Positions 19,265-20,000 of a stretch of DNA of 20,000 nt are shown in pieces. Position 1 is the first letter of the stretch. Each line of letters begins with the position of its first letter. Where the stretch lies: the NCBI GenBank assembly GCA_038087875.1, contig CM075992.1, positions 12,825,065 to 12,845,064 on the forward strand, given 5' to 3'. The position numbers were made by a program, and so were the translations under genes. Source of the DNA: Malacoraja senta. Its lineage: Eukaryota. The notes under the pieces were generated by a model. The model searched no databases, was not told the DNA's origin, and was given only the letters and a program-made list of their open reading frames with translations.

Positions 19265-19567
19265 GGCACAATGTCACAACTGTTGGAGTGGCAGCCTCAC
19301 AGCACCAGTGACTCGGGTCTGATCCTGTCTGTGTGGAATTGACATGTTCTTTCTGTAACCATTCCTCTGGATGCTCTTGTTTATTCCCAGATCCCAAAGA
19401 AGTGCAGAATTGTACGTTAACTGGGCTCTGTAAATTGCCCCCTAGAGTTAAGACAGTGGATATAAAAATGGGATAACATAGAACTAGTGTGAATGGGTGA
19501 TCAACGGTTGGCATGGACCCAGTGAGCCGATGGGCATGTTTCCATGCTATATTTTTCAATCAATCAA
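19265..19567 (+). mobile_element. Older, diverged V-SINE
   Basis: gcctcacagcaccagtgactcgggtctgatcc...tgtgtggaattgacatgttct...tgtaaattgcccc...gggcatgtttccatgct, then a (tcaa)n tail. Confidence 0.8.
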
Positions 19568-19777
19568 GATACAAGGGTGCAAGTGGAATCTGATCAGCAA
19601 AAGAAGATGGGGAGTGAAATGGAGAGCCAGAGGGAGGATTGGTGGGTAGAAGGGAAAAGAGAAAGAAAAATGGGGGAACTGGTGCACTTCATTGATGATG
19701 AAGTGCTTTATATGCAATCTCGCAAAAGGCATTCAGATTTCTTAAACTTGAGGAGACACCTTAGCAATGCAGCTTTC

Positions 19778-19955
19778 CCTCAGCCCTCGGGCTCCTCCTC
19801 TTCCTTTTTCCTTTCTTCTCCCAACCCCCCCCCCCACCCTCCATCAGTCTGAAGAAGGGTTTCGGCCCGAAACGTTGCCTATTTCCTTTGTTCCATAGAT
19901 GCTGCTGCACCCGCTGAGTTTCTCCAGCATTTTTGTCTACCTTCAAGTTTCCCAG
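19778..19955 (+). mobile_element. Penelope 3' terminal repeat (pyrimidine tract, hammerhead and downstream conserved block)
   Basis: C/T tract followed by cagtctgaagaagggtttcggcccgaaacgttgcc...gatgctgctgcacccgctgagtttctccagcatttttgtcta. Confidence 0.88.
19845..19880 (+). ncRNA. Minimal type I hammerhead ribozyme motif
   Basis: CUGAAGA (19849-19855), A, stem II GGGU-UUCG-GCCC, GAAAC (19869-19873), then GUU. Helix III is the palindromic AACGUU; stem I pairing is weak. Confidence 0.65.
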
Positions 19956-20000
19956 TTACTAATTAACTTCCCATACTGCCCTTTCTGGCCTGAGCCTCCT

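Overview
Non-coding, repeat-dominated vertebrate genomic DNA. The repeat families (V-SINE/HE1-like SINEs, CR1 3' ends, Neptune-type Penelope remnants with hammerhead motifs, Rex1) suggest a cartilaginous fish, probably a skate or ray (inference). No intact host gene could be recognised. Bases 1-3872 are a CpG-rich 25-bp satellite with higher-order structure, interrupted by three insertions and bounded by a Penelope GIY-YIG endonuclease remnant. The rest is a mosaic of LINE, SINE and Penelope fragments and DNA-transposon ends. The best-supported unusual structure is a three-level nest. A CR1 RT fragment is split by a 3.6-kb hAT element (16-bp TIRs, perfect 8-bp TSD TGTACAAG). That element carries two minisatellites, a hATC dimerisation remnant, and an 847-bp ISL2EU/Harbinger-group element that appears to be built from two diverged THAP-encoding 5' ends in inverted orientation. 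At least seven loci carry Penelope terminal-repeat segments; two keep a hammerhead core and two are fold-back pairs. All family calls come from motif recognition, not database searches.
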